Assembly: GCF_009914755.1 (NCBI RefSeq)
Contig: NC_060929.1
DNA: 64,000 nt
From: the human T2T-CHM13v2.0 reference genome, Homo sapiens
Direction: 5' to 3' (one strand)
Shown in pieces: positions 20,542-39,452 of this stretch. The first letter of the stretch is position 1, and every line of letters starts with the position of its first letter. Below the pieces are notes generated by a model. The model was given only the letters and a program-made list of their open reading frames with translations. It was not told where the DNA came from and ran no database searches. The translations under genes and the position numbers were made by a program.

Positions 20542-21937
20542 TAATGTGAAACACATATAAAAATAATGTGTCTATCATCAAAGCATTATATACTTCATGA
20601 TTTTAAAGTGTTAGTGACCAAGTAATCCTTTAAGGAAAGAGACTGTGTTGCCATATCATACTTATTAACTTATTGTTGTCTGTCTTCCAAAAAGGATTTG
20701 AAGCAAAAGTCACTAATGAAGTCATTGAATTGAATATGTTATTGGTGATAGAAGTGAAGTGAGAGGAAATCCGAGGAGAAATGCTTTGTAAGAATGTTGA
20801 ATTCATTTGCTACATAGGCAGTAAATATTTAGGTAGCACATCTTCATAGAAGGAATAAAATGTGCAAATTTGATTGTTGTTGGCAAAGACTGATTTTTAA
20901 AACAACTGTAATACACAGTAGATCTAAAGAGATACTGCCTACCAAAGGGTAAGAGAAAAAGATTAGGATAATAAATTACAAATTAGCTTGACTTTGAGAA
21001 TTTGGGGGAAATGTTGAAACTTACAGAGAAAGAATAAATTTAGGGAAATAATAATGTAACCAGGATAGGGCCTGAATTTTTTATATCTGTATGTAAAGAA
21101 GGAGCTGGTTCTTATTAACTTTTCTGAAGATCTGGTATGTACTTTAAAGCCTACTTTATCAACAACAACAACAAAACTCTGTGAAGAAGGGGTGGAGGGA
21201 TGTTTCTAAGATCTTAGAGAAAATTGTAAGTATATGGTAGAACTTTAAGAAAATCATCTTTAGTACAAGAAGGATTATAATGGTTTTGGTTGAAGTTATT
21301 CAGTGTTGATTGTGACCATGTAACTAAAGTTTGTGATTCTTGAATTTGTGTTTTTTATACTTATGTTTTACAAAAAGATTTTATTTCTTCTTCAAGGAGG
21401 TTGTAAGAATTTTCCCTCGATTTTCTAAATCTAATGCAGAAATTGTTCCAGGCTATGAGTAAGTAGTGGAGGGAAGAAATTTGAGTCATGTTACCTCCAT
21501 TTTTAGTGTCTCTCTTTAGCTTGTCCCTTCCTTTAGTCAAGGTATCTGTTAGATTTATAAAAATTTAGAATACCATATCCCTATAATTTTTCATCTAATA
21601 ATCTCATTGAGAAAACACAGGAGAAGTTGGAAAGCAAATAGTGGTCACTGAGTGCTTCTTATGTATCAAATTCTAGATGTTAATATGTAATTTAATCTTC
21701 AGAAAGGGCTGTTAGACCATAAGCTCCTTGGAGCACAGCTTTGGGTCTTCATCTATGTAATCTCTCTAATTAACTGTACGTTTAATAAGTGTATACAGTT
21801 AGATACACAGTGAATGAGTAAACAAGTCTGTAAATTATTGTCCTCATTTTAGAGAAAATGAAATGGGTGTCTAAGAAATTAAGTCTATCAATAGTCCCAT
21901 AGCTACTAAGCGGCAAAACCTTAACCTGTATGTAGTC

Positions 21938-28356
<6,419 letters not shown>

Positions 28357-28668
28357 TTTTGTTTGTTTGTTTGTTGTGTTCTTAATGAGTTGGAGTTTTG
28401 CTGTTTTTGCCCAGGCTGAAGTGCAATGGCACAATCTCGGCTCACTGAAACCTCCACCTCCTGGGTTCAAGTGATTCTGCTGCCTCAGCCTTTCGAGTAG
28501 CTGGGGTTACAGGCATGCACCACCAGGCCCGGCTAATTTTGTATTTTCAGTAGAGACAGGATTTCTCCATGTTGGTCAGGCTGGTCTCGAACACCCAACC
28601 TCAGGTGATCCGCCCGCCTCAGCTTCCCAAAGTGCTGGGATTACAGGGGTGAGCCACCGCGCCTGGCC
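28357..28668 (-). mobile_element. AluSp-like SINE abutting the L1 5' end
   Basis: GTGCAATGGC, TTCTCCATGTTGGTCAGG, ACCTCAGGTGATCCGCCCGCC; tail decayed to (TTTG)n. Confidence 0.9.
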
Positions 28669-28934
28669 TGTCCTCTTTAATTATCTTACATATGTCAGTT
28701 ATGAACTTGATTTTTCAGCACCCTGCAATTCATTCACTCAGAAAGAGAACATAAATGCAATAGTCAAAATAGTTTTCATGTAGAGGGTGAAATATAAGAC
28801 TATCCAGAATGTTGCCTTTTTACTTCTGCTTCATTGCCACATTACATCAATGGTTGAGTAACAGTTATACCTCTGAACTATTTTCCACAGAACAGAAATG
28901 ACCTGTTAGGAGCATTATCTTTGCTTTTGAATAA

Positions 28935-29170
28935 TGATAGTGGTCAAGAGCTTGAACTAAGTAGTTAGACAAACTTAGTCTCAGTCATGCTACTAACTGG
29001 CTCTTTTTCTTTAGGCAAATTTCTTTTGTCTAAAGAACCTCTCTAAGCTTCACTTTTGCCATAAAATGGGAATAATAATACTTACCTTATAGGTCTAATG
29101 TGAGGATAGAGATAATATGCTTAGCTCAATAACTCGCATATAGAAGATGCTTGTTAAGAGTTAGTTAAAA
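28935..29170 (+). mobile_element. MIR fragment
   Basis: CTCTAAGCTTCACTTTTGCCATAAAATGGGAATAATAATACTTACC. Confidence 0.65.
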
Positions 29171-29432
29171 TTGGATGTTTCTGTTGATGATGTTGTCATT
29201 GCTATTACAAATATTATTATCAACTTTGAATATAGTGATTTAATTTTTCCATTGGTCCCCTACACCAAGGAAAAGTCATTGGGAAATAATCACAGGGAGT
29301 GTATTTATATAAATGATGGCCTTTATTACATATTGTACGTTGATAAAATTTGCTTCTTAGCATGTTGTGAGTACCTTTAAATTAAAACTTTTGGAGAGGA
29401 TAAAACAATTTTCTTTATTTAAAAAATTTTCC

Positions 29433-30066
<634 letters not shown>

Positions 30067-31254
30067 TTTATTCTATCTTATATCTTTGACTTGCAAAAGC
30101 CTATATTTTTAGAATCAGTTTTTTTAGACATTAGTCTGATACAGAAACCAAGGTTCTCTGCAGCAGACCATTCTGAGGTTGTGGGGATATTGTTGGAAAA
30201 AAATATGATTAGGATTTATTATACATTCTTACCTTTATTTGTTTTTTGTCAGAGAAGCAGTCACCCCTGATTGTTGCTTTAGGCCATCAATTGATGTGCA
30301 CTGCAAGGGGTAAATTGTTCTACACATTAGTAAGCTGGGTAAGCAAATTGTTGTGCAAACCTAATTTGTTTCCTAGAGAAAGTGACTGACATACAATTTT
30401 GAAAATGGAAATATTCATAAATTGGGTGACCATGGTGGAATAGATCCATTGTGAAATAACCACTACGTTTAAGAATCCTGTACTCATTGGTGAGACTGAC
30501 AAAAAACAGTACTGTGACTGAGGTAAACACAAGGTTACAGCAGCCCTTAAGAGGAGTACTTTCCTCAGGCTTGGGGAAGGTAGGACAGACAGGAGAGAGG
30601 AATCAGAAGTCTTCACAATATTGATATCTATTCTGGGCCTTGAAGATGAAGTGGGAGTTGGCTAGGTAGATGGAAGGTAGGAGGGGAAGGGGGTAAATTT
30701 TTCCAGGTTGTGAGAGCAACATGTTTGAGGAACTATAAGATAGGGGAATAGAATGAGAATACTGGGTGTTAGAGAAGAATGAGATTTTTCTAGATGTAAC
30801 TTTTTTGCACTATATAGCCCACCAGTTAGAGGGTCTGTTTTGTGAAGAAACTAGTCAGTTCAGAGGAGGAAAATGATGGAAGTAGTATTCATTAAACTAA
30901 ATATTTTATTCTGTTGACTTGGTCAATCAAGTCAGACTTGGAGCCTGATAATCCATTTGGGCATCGATTTGTCTTTATTGTTAACTTTGTAACTTGGAAA
31001 AATTTTTTCAAAATCTTCACATGGTTCTCAATACTGGTTTTACAATATAATCACACGAGGAAGTTTTGTAAAAATAACACTGTGGATTTGCTGTAAAATG
31101 TCCCAATGGAAATTTTTTTTAATGTTTGGGGGTGGGGAAATAGATGATGTAAGATTTGCAAAATATTGCTAATCACTGACACTTGGTAATATATTTCCAT
31201 TATGTTTGTATATGTTTGAGCATTTACATAACTAAAAGTTTAAAAAGTAAAATT

Positions 31255-31425
31255 AGAATTTTTTCTGAACAGCCATCAAAAGATACTCATACTTGGGCCC
31301 CATCCTAAACCAATTAGGTCAAAATTTCTTGGGGTTTAGGACCCACGTATCTTTTGTTTGTTTGTTGTTGTTGTTGTTGTTTTGGAGTTCAACATGTTTA
31401 TGGTGTGTAGCCATGGTTGAAAGCT
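31255..31425. mobile_element. MER5-type hAT-Charlie MITE fragment
   Basis: GGGCCCCATCCTAAACCAATT...TTGGGGTTTAGGACCCA..., CCATGGTTGAAAGC. Confidence 0.5.
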
Positions 31426-32732
31426 TTTATTTTATAAGATAGACAAAGCAGGAATTATTATTCTCATTTTACAGGAGAAAAACAGAAGGGCTATGTGGTT
31501 TGTTAAAAGGCCACACAGACAGTAAAGAACACAGCCTTTACATGGTCAGCCTCACATTCTAGTACTCATTTTATTACACTGCTCTTCTTCTCTGTTGCCT
31601 GGTATCAAAGGAATTAGTTTGTTGCTAGTTAGTATCACATGATATGTTCAGAACTATACTATATTGAAGATCTTAGTCCCTACGACTCTGTTCTAGAGCA
31701 TCCCTAGTTCCTGTTCTTCCTCAGACTGGCAGTGAGTATTGAGTGCAAGCAACAAAGTTTGTTAAATTGCTCTTATTTGTGAGTGGATGCTTATAGTTCA
31801 GCCTGCCATTTTTTTTTTCTTGGCCTGTGAGTAAGAAAGCAAGCAGTGTAAGTGCCTCTAAGAAGGAAAAGATGCTGATACTTTTCTCATGCCCTCTGTG
31901 CTAGGGCAGTAAATCTACATGCAAATTAAAGATTTTGGTGACAAATGAGAACACCCATCATGACTCTAGTCTCTTCTTAACTTTCCTGGGTGTTGTTAAT
32001 TCATAACATAGTTTGAATTCACTTACTATTATTGATTTCTATATTTATTAGAATGAAAAGGGAAATCTTGCCTTACAAGGGAAATATGGTTATCAGACGC
32101 TTTCTTTGTCATGGAATAAAAAGACCTTCTAGGATATAAACTGTGAGAATGACAGTTAAATTGATATGGTGAAGGTTAATGCGTGCTTGCTGCATTGATG
32201 TTGGAGGTCCCAATCATTTACCACTATGCTCCTATAATACATGCCGTACATCTTCATTAGGAAGGCACAGAGCAATCAGTTTCAGGTTTCTGGATGAGCC
32301 TGTGGCCAGGCCATAATTAACCTTTTGAACTTGGAATTGTAGCAGAATGTTCTATTGGCTTAGGTTATCAATTATGGTTAGAGTCGATTGATATTCAAAG
32401 AAGGCTTATTGGTGATAGATATTATAATTTACTCATCTGCCTGTTGTGTGCTTGACAAATAGAAATGTCATAACAAATAATTTTGTTTTTTGCTTTTGGA
32501 AAGAGATTATTTGCCAAACAGTTCTATAAGCAACAGCTGTTGTTCAGGTTTTTTCTTGAGGTGGGGGAGGGTCTTAATTTTCAGTATTGTTTTTCAGTTT
32601 CCTATGTATGAAGCAGTGCAACTAATAAGGGGACTTTTAGAGTTACATATGTCAAATTTTACTAGAAAAAAACTCACACATAGCATATCAACATACTTTA
32701 AAAATAAGTCTAAAAAATTAAAGTTCAAGTGA

Positions 32733-33041
<309 letters not shown>

Positions 33042-33809
33042 ATGTTAAAATTTTTGTGTCTTCTTTTTCTATACAGTATTTCACTCAAATAAAATAGTAT
33101 CAGAAAAATGGCTGACTGAATTTTGCTTTTTTGGAAAAACTTGCTAGAATGTTTGTTAATCAGGTAAAACTGAAAATATTAATTGCCAGTCCAAATGAAG
33201 GGAAGTTTGCCTTTTTTGTTGTTGTTGTTCTGGCAAACTTTATTAAAAAACAAAAACAATATACCAATGGACAGAATTTTCTCTGCCACTTGAGGAGCCC
33301 CTATCCCAAACCAAAACTACTGAAGCTGATCACACAGGTATACACATCACTGGTAACTCTATAAGAAATAAAAGGAAAAATGAATATGTCTGGTTACCAC
33401 AAGCCCATGTGATAATGCATGGCTGTGTGACACAGAAAACGGTATACAGGTCAAAAATGCCTTGGAAAAATACAAATTTTTAAAATATGGAATATGTAGA
33501 CCTTAATCCACTCGGCCACATTTTTATATTAACACATCAATGTATTATATTTGCGGTTAAGTAGGAAATTTGCCTTTTTTATGAATTTCAAATTATCTAT
33601 TATAGTTTAAAGATAACTGCTCAAACTAAGCAGCTGTTTGTTTTTAAGCTATAGTTGTTTATTCTGTTAACTTACCCTATTAGTTTTAGAAATAATGTTT
33701 TATTAAAATCAAATATGCCTTAGAAGTTATTTCTAGAAAAAAGTTGCACTGAGGTTTTATTTATTGAAGTTTTAATTGTAATTTGACTATGCATATTGTT
33801 TTGAAATGA

Positions 33810-34129
33810 CAGTCGTCCCTCAGTATCTGTGTAGGATTGGTTCCAAGACACCCCACAGATACCAAAATCCATGGATGCTTTGGTCACTTATATAGAATGG
33901 TGTAGTATTTACATTTAACTAGTGCACATCCTCTCACATACTTTAAATCATCTCTAAATTATTTATAATAACTAATACAATGTAAATGCTACGTAAATAC
34001 TTGTTATACTATATTGTTTAGGGAATCATGACAAAGAGAAAGTCCATATATGTTCAGTACGGTTGCAACCATCCATTTTTCCCCATATTTTCAATCTGCG
34101 ATTGGTTGAATCTATAGAAGGTCCAACTG
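33810..34129 (+). mobile_element. MER2 (TcMar-Tigger MITE)
   Basis: CAGTCGTCCCTCAGTATC..GGATTGGTTCCAAGAC ... CCAACTG|TA. Confidence 0.88.
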
Positions 34130-34454
34130 TATAGTGAGAAATTGAGAACATGAATATCCAACACTAAGGCATTGGTTGAGTATATTGTGTACATCACTTT
34201 GAAGAAATATTATAGGTATTAACATGATGATAGGATAGAGTTTTAATAACTTGGGAAACTGTTACCTTAAAAGTTAAAAAGCAGGTTAGAAAATTGCATA
34301 TTTAGGGGTGAGATGAGGGTTATTGAGAAAGACTGGAAGGAAGTATACTAAAATGTAAACAGTGGTCACTTAGAAGTGGTAGTATTATGTCTTTTTTCTT
34401 ATTTATATATTTTATCATATAAAATTTTTTTTTCTGATATGTTTATCAGTATCA

Positions 34455-34690
34455 TCATAGCATAGTGTGTAAGGCCTGACTGCCTGGTTCAGATTCCAAC
34501 TCTGTTACTTCCTGGCTCTGTGGCTCTGTGACATTGGACAAATATTTATACTCTTAGGCTTCGGTTTCCTCATTTGTAGAATGGGTACAAGAACCTATCT
34601 TATAGGATTGATATGAAGATTAATTATATATTAATAATAATATATTTGGAGTTTAAGTAAACACATAATCACATAATGCTGTGAGTGCTG
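34455..34690 (+). mobile_element. MIR SINE
   Basis: GGCTTCGGTTTCCTCATTTGTAGAATGGG core. Confidence 0.7.
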
Positions 34691-34839
34691 TAACCTTGTC
34701 CGCTCTCTTCTGAGCATAGCCCTTCTAGTGTTGTAGCATAGTGCACAGCCTGTTGGTTTACTGCTCACCGTTCACTAGCCCTTTAGCCGTCATATCTATC
34801 TTCCTTCTCTGTGTCTCCATCTGTATGTCTCATGAGCTT

Positions 34840-35578
34840 TATAGGGGAGGCAAAAACTTTTCCCTCTACTCCTTCTACATTTTCCAACTGTGGCCCTGTA
34901 CATTATACTACCAAAAGACAGATTACCAAGGGAAAAGCATACAAATTTTACTTAATAACTTTTACATGTATACAGGAGCCTTGACAAGAAAAATGAAGAT
35001 CAAAAAGAACAGGGCCAAAAGGTTATATACTAGGTTAGATATAGAGTATTAAATTGTAGAAACGTGATGAGACAGGGAAGTTCATTTTGGAAAAGTCACT
35101 AGGAAGATAAAGGTTAGTTTAACAGAGTCTCTTTATAGATTTTTCTCTACCTGGACTCCCCTCTCTGGTAATAAGAATGTCTTTTTTTTTTTTAATTTTT
35201 TTTTTATTATACTTTAAGTTTTAGGGTACATGTGCACATTGTGCAGGTTAGTTACATATGTATACATGTGCCATGCTGGTGCACTGCACCCACTAACTCG
35301 TCATCTAGCATTAGGTATATCTCCCAATGCTATCCCTCCCCTCTCCCCCCACCCCACCACAGTCCCCAGAGTGTGATATTCCCCTTCCTTTGTCCATGTG
35401 TTTTCTTCCTACTGGTACAGGGAGAGTTTCTTTCACTTGAGAGTTTGATCTGCTTTCAGGAAGAAAAAGAAAGGTCAGAGTATTCTTCTTGTATCTGCTG
35501 TTTTTTCAGTGCCGTTAACTCAAAATATTCTTTATGCCAAAGTAGCATATTTTGGAGTAGCATATTCTGCTACTCATC
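34840..35578 (-). mobile_element. ERV1 MER4-group solo LTR (MER31/MER67-like), split by an L1 fragment
   Basis: T(A)TAGGGGAGGCAAAAAC..CCCTCTAC.., AAAAGACAGATT and TATGCCAAAGTAGCATATTTTGG are typical of reverse MER4-group LTRs; subfamily uncertain. Confidence 0.6.
35182..35401 (-). mobile_element. Severely 5'-truncated young L1 (L1PA2/PA3 3' UTR, ~200 bp)
   Basis: Near-identical to 8296-8500, including CACTAACTCGTCATCTAGCA. Confidence 0.93.
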
Positions 35579-35599
35579 TTTCTTACTCAGTCATTTCTA

Positions 35600-36290
35600 A
35601 GATATAACCATTCAGCTTCTCCCCAGACTTCTCTCCCTTTTGCTAAGTGAATGTCATTCTTACCTCAGTCACAAAATGAAAGATGTGGAAGTCATCTGGA
35701 TGCTTTATCTTCCTATGTTCTTTTGAAAACCTTTGCTTTTTTCTTTTCCCTTCTGCCACAATTCAGACCTTTATTTCCCATCTACCTCTTAATGGGTTCC
35801 CCTAATTCTAGTCTTGGCTTTCCCCTTCCCAGACATCCTAGACAGAGCTGTTAGTGCAGTCTCTCTGAAGTGTCAGTCTTTCAGTGAGCCCCATTTCTTT
35901 CAAAGTGAAACCCAGACCTCCAAGACCTAGCCCAAAACAGGGGTTCTGAGCTATATTCATTCCACCTCTCACTGGCTTTGCTGAATTATTTGTAACTCTT
36001 TGATGTGCTCCTTCACTACTTTTGGGCCCTCCTACATGCTCTTCCTTTTCTCTGGAATGCTCTCTAACTTTCTGTGATTTCTTCTCTGCATTAGGTATTC
36101 CTCCAAATTGGCTTAACACATAGAACAAAGCAATCAAAGAATTTATCATACTTTATGGTAATTGTCTATTTCCTTGTCTCTGGTCCCCTTTAGGTTATGA
36201 GCCACTTATACTTAGGGATCATGCCTTATTTATCTCTGTGCCTCTAGTGCCCAGAAAAATGGCAGACACCCAGGAAACACTGAATGAAAA
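35600..36290 (+). mobile_element. L2 LINE 3' fragment
   Basis: Pyrimidine-rich L2-like body ending CCTCTAGTGCCCAG...GAATGAA; approximate. Confidence 0.6.
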
Positions 36291-36551
36291 AGTAAACTTG
36301 ATGGAAAAATAGCAAATTACAGGTGATGGGTAATGTTTTTATAAAATAATATGTATGGCTAGTTATTCTTCTGTTCTTATTATACATAGCAAAGTCATCT
36401 TGTCCTCACCATCACAACTATCATTATTCTCCTAATAACTTGTTTTTTTATTTATTGTTCTTACTTCTGTTCATGATTGTGAGCCATGGTGGATACATGG
36501 AGTCAGAAGAGTTAGTTAATGCTTGGTGAGCAGGGATAACAGTTGTCCTCA

Positions 36552-37283
36552 ATATAACTTTGCTTGTGGGCATAGAGTTAATACTTGACAAAGCCAAGAA
36601 GGGCCTGGATTTTTCCTACTTTGTTTCTTGCACTATCTGTAAAATTTTTTTCAGTGTAAAATTTTACACTATCTGTAAAATATTGTTTAATTCCTTGAAA
36701 ATTTTATATCTTCAATAAATGTTTGTAGGATAAAAATGGCATATTGTGTCCAAACAAACAAAAAAAAGGTAAATACTTGAAAGTAAGATTATACCATGGA
36801 AACAAAGGATATTATGCAGCAAGCAGGTCATTGTCACCACAGACAGACAATACTATTTTGGCTATATGAACTCTTTAAAAGGAGGTTTATAGACTGTCAC
36901 CAGACTCATGAAAAAGGAAACACTGATTGACGGATCTGGTAAAGGAACAGCAGAACAAGAGGTGATTTTGTCTTAACTTCTCTTAAAGAGTTCTTATAAC
37001 CAAATAGTATTGTCTGCTTGTGGTAACAATGACCTGCTTGCAGCATAATATCCTTTGTTTCCATGGTATAATCTTACTTTCCTTTTAAGTATCTGCCTTT
37101 TTTGTTGGGACACAATCTGCCATTTTTATCCTGTAAACATTTATTAAGATATATAATTTGTGAGGAATTAAACAAAGCTCTATAAAAAAATTTTAGAGAT
37201 AGTGCAAGAAACAAAGTAGGAAAAATCCAGGGCCTTCTTGGCTTTGTCAAGTATTAGCTCTATGCCCACAAGCAAAGTTATAT
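36552..37283. repeat. Long inverted repeat (fold-back), arms ~330 bp, spacer ~60-95 bp
   Basis: 36552-36650 is the reverse complement of ~37184-37283 with 3 mismatches; 36779-36817 is a perfect reverse complement of 37043-37081. Confidence 0.97.
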
Positions 37284-37859
37284 AAGTTGCCAGAGTCTTG
37301 GCTTCCCCTTTAAAACTTGGGGATAAAAATCCCTACTTCAGAATCATGTCTGGCATAGAGTAGATACTTAATAAAAGCTGGTTTTCTTTCTTTCTTCCTG
37401 CTTCCCCATATAGCATGTGTACAGCATAATTGTAATCAGGGAACCCACCCAAACTGCAGGTTGCAAATCTATCTGAAGATGTATCACTAAACAATCTCCT
37501 GCTGAAATAGTCACTGTCACATCATCTGCCCTTCATGTGATCACACATCTTTTCCCTGCCTACTAAACTACCAATGGTTAATTTGTTTAGATTTGAGCAT
37601 TCTTGGCAATTATTACCCGTGCTACTACAACTTACAAATAGAGAAAAATTATATTACTCTTGGGATGGGAATGCAGTCATTGTGTGTGAACAGCCATTCA
37701 TCCATTAACTCATTCATTTACTGACAAAAATTTTAGTACCTCCTATGTTCCAGACATGGAACAGACATGCTCCAGACAAATACCATTAACTCTTATAATG
37801 TAATAGATATTTTAATCTTAGCTGTCGTATTATTATCCAATATCATTATATACCAAGCC

Positions 37860-38058
37860 AAGCTCTTGAAATAAATTATTTAATTTATACAGTGGTTCCT
37901 CCAAGGTAGGTGCTATAATTAACCCTCATTTTACAGATAAGGAAATTGAGTCCTAGAGAAGTTAAGTGATATCCTGAAGTTCACATAGCTAATAAAAAAA
38001 GGAGCTAGGATTCAGACCTAGGCACTTTGAGTCTAGAATGTGTGATTTTAACTTCTGT
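37860..38058 (-). mobile_element. MIR SINE
   Basis: CTCATTTTACAGATAAGGAAATTGAGTCCTAGAGAAGTTAAGTGA. Confidence 0.8.
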
Positions 38059-38060
38059 GC

Positions 38061-38528
38061 CAGGAGGTCTCAAAGTGAGTTTCAGGGACTTATTAGAGAT
38101 CCCCAAGACCCTTTCAGGGAGTCAGTGAGATCAAAACTACTTTTAAAATAATGCTAGAATAATATTTACCTTTTTCACTCTCATGAATGTACAGTGAAGT
38201 TTTCTAGAAGCTCTATGTCATTATATCACAACAGATTGAATGCAGAAGCAGATATGAAAGAAACTTATAAAATGTAAAACAGCACCACTCTAATTTAAAA
38301 AGGCTTTGTTTCAGAAAATACAGCTTTTTCACAAAAATGTATTATTTATATTAACATGCCATACATTTATTATTTTAAAATAAATTAATATTTTTTAATT
38401 CTCAGTTTTAATTTCTAATATGGTAAATATCAATTGATAGAACTTACATAAATAAAAGCTTCCTGGGTTCTTCAGGAATTTTTTTAAATTACCAAAGCGT
38501 CCATGTACAAAAAGTTTGAGAACTGCTA
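38061..38528. mobile_element. hAT-Charlie (Charlie1-like) internally deleted element
   Basis: CAG..GGTCTCAAAGTG..CCCCAAGACCCTTTCAGGG ... AAAAGTTTGAGAACTGCT ends. Confidence 0.65.
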
Positions 38529-39163
38529 CTCTACAGTGTTAGAACCTTCCTCATATTTCAGAACCTCATATTTCAGAACCTTTCTTTTGGCATACATTTT
38601 GTATTTTTTAAGTTAACCTCCCAATTTCAGACAGTCCAGCCATTCTGTTAAGAAAAGCCTTCCTTACAAGTTGTCAGAATTGTTAGCAGTAATACTTGAG
38701 ACCTTTGTATATTCTTTGACCCTGTTTACCTGCTCCAGGAGCTTACAGTACATACCAGAATATCATGATTCTGGTGTACTTGAGTCACTTTTAAAGTTAA
38801 TTTTTATGAAATACATAGAATGATTTTATAATTAAAGCAGATTGGGTATAAATGTTTATATTTCAGTATATCACTGGTATGACAACTGGTATATCACTAC
38901 CTCCAAAAGTTTATCCAGCCACAAAGAGGGAATATTCTGTTTTCTTTCTTAGATAATGAAAAGGCTGAATGTTTTAATACAGTTTATTGAATAATATATT
39001 TGCCAGCATTTTAGAAGCATTATAGAGTATGGCACACTAGATGGTTTCTAACAGAACTGTTTATTTCATTTAACAAACAGTTGTTAATCATATGCCAGAC
39101 CCTTTGCTTAAGTACTAGGGACACAGACTAAATGTGGTCTTGGTTCTTAAAAATCTTATGAGT

Positions 39164-39452
39164 GGCCAAGTATGGTAGCTCAAGCCTGTAATCCTATCGC
39201 TTTGGGAAGCCAAGGCAGGAGGATCACTTGAAGCCAGGAGTTTGAAACCAGCCATGGCAATTTAGTGAAACCCTGTCTCTACAAAAAATTTAAAAAATGG
39301 TTGGACATGGTGGTGTGCGCCTATAGGCCCAACTGCTTGGGAGGATGATTGCAGCCCGGGAGTTCAAGAATGCAGTTAGCTGTGATTATGCCACTGCACT
39401 CCAACCTCGGTGACAGAGCAAGACCCTGTCTCTAAAACAAAAAAAAACAAAA
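39164..39452 (+). mobile_element. AluJ SINE
   Basis: Diverged Alu; approximate TSD AAAATCTTATG / AAAACTTTATG. Confidence 0.88.

Noticed and set aside
36552-37283. CRISPR array, pre-miRNA or inverted Alu/MADE1 explanation for the fold-back
   Set aside because: No spaced direct repeats; the stem is far longer than a pre-miRNA; arms do not resemble Alu or MADE1
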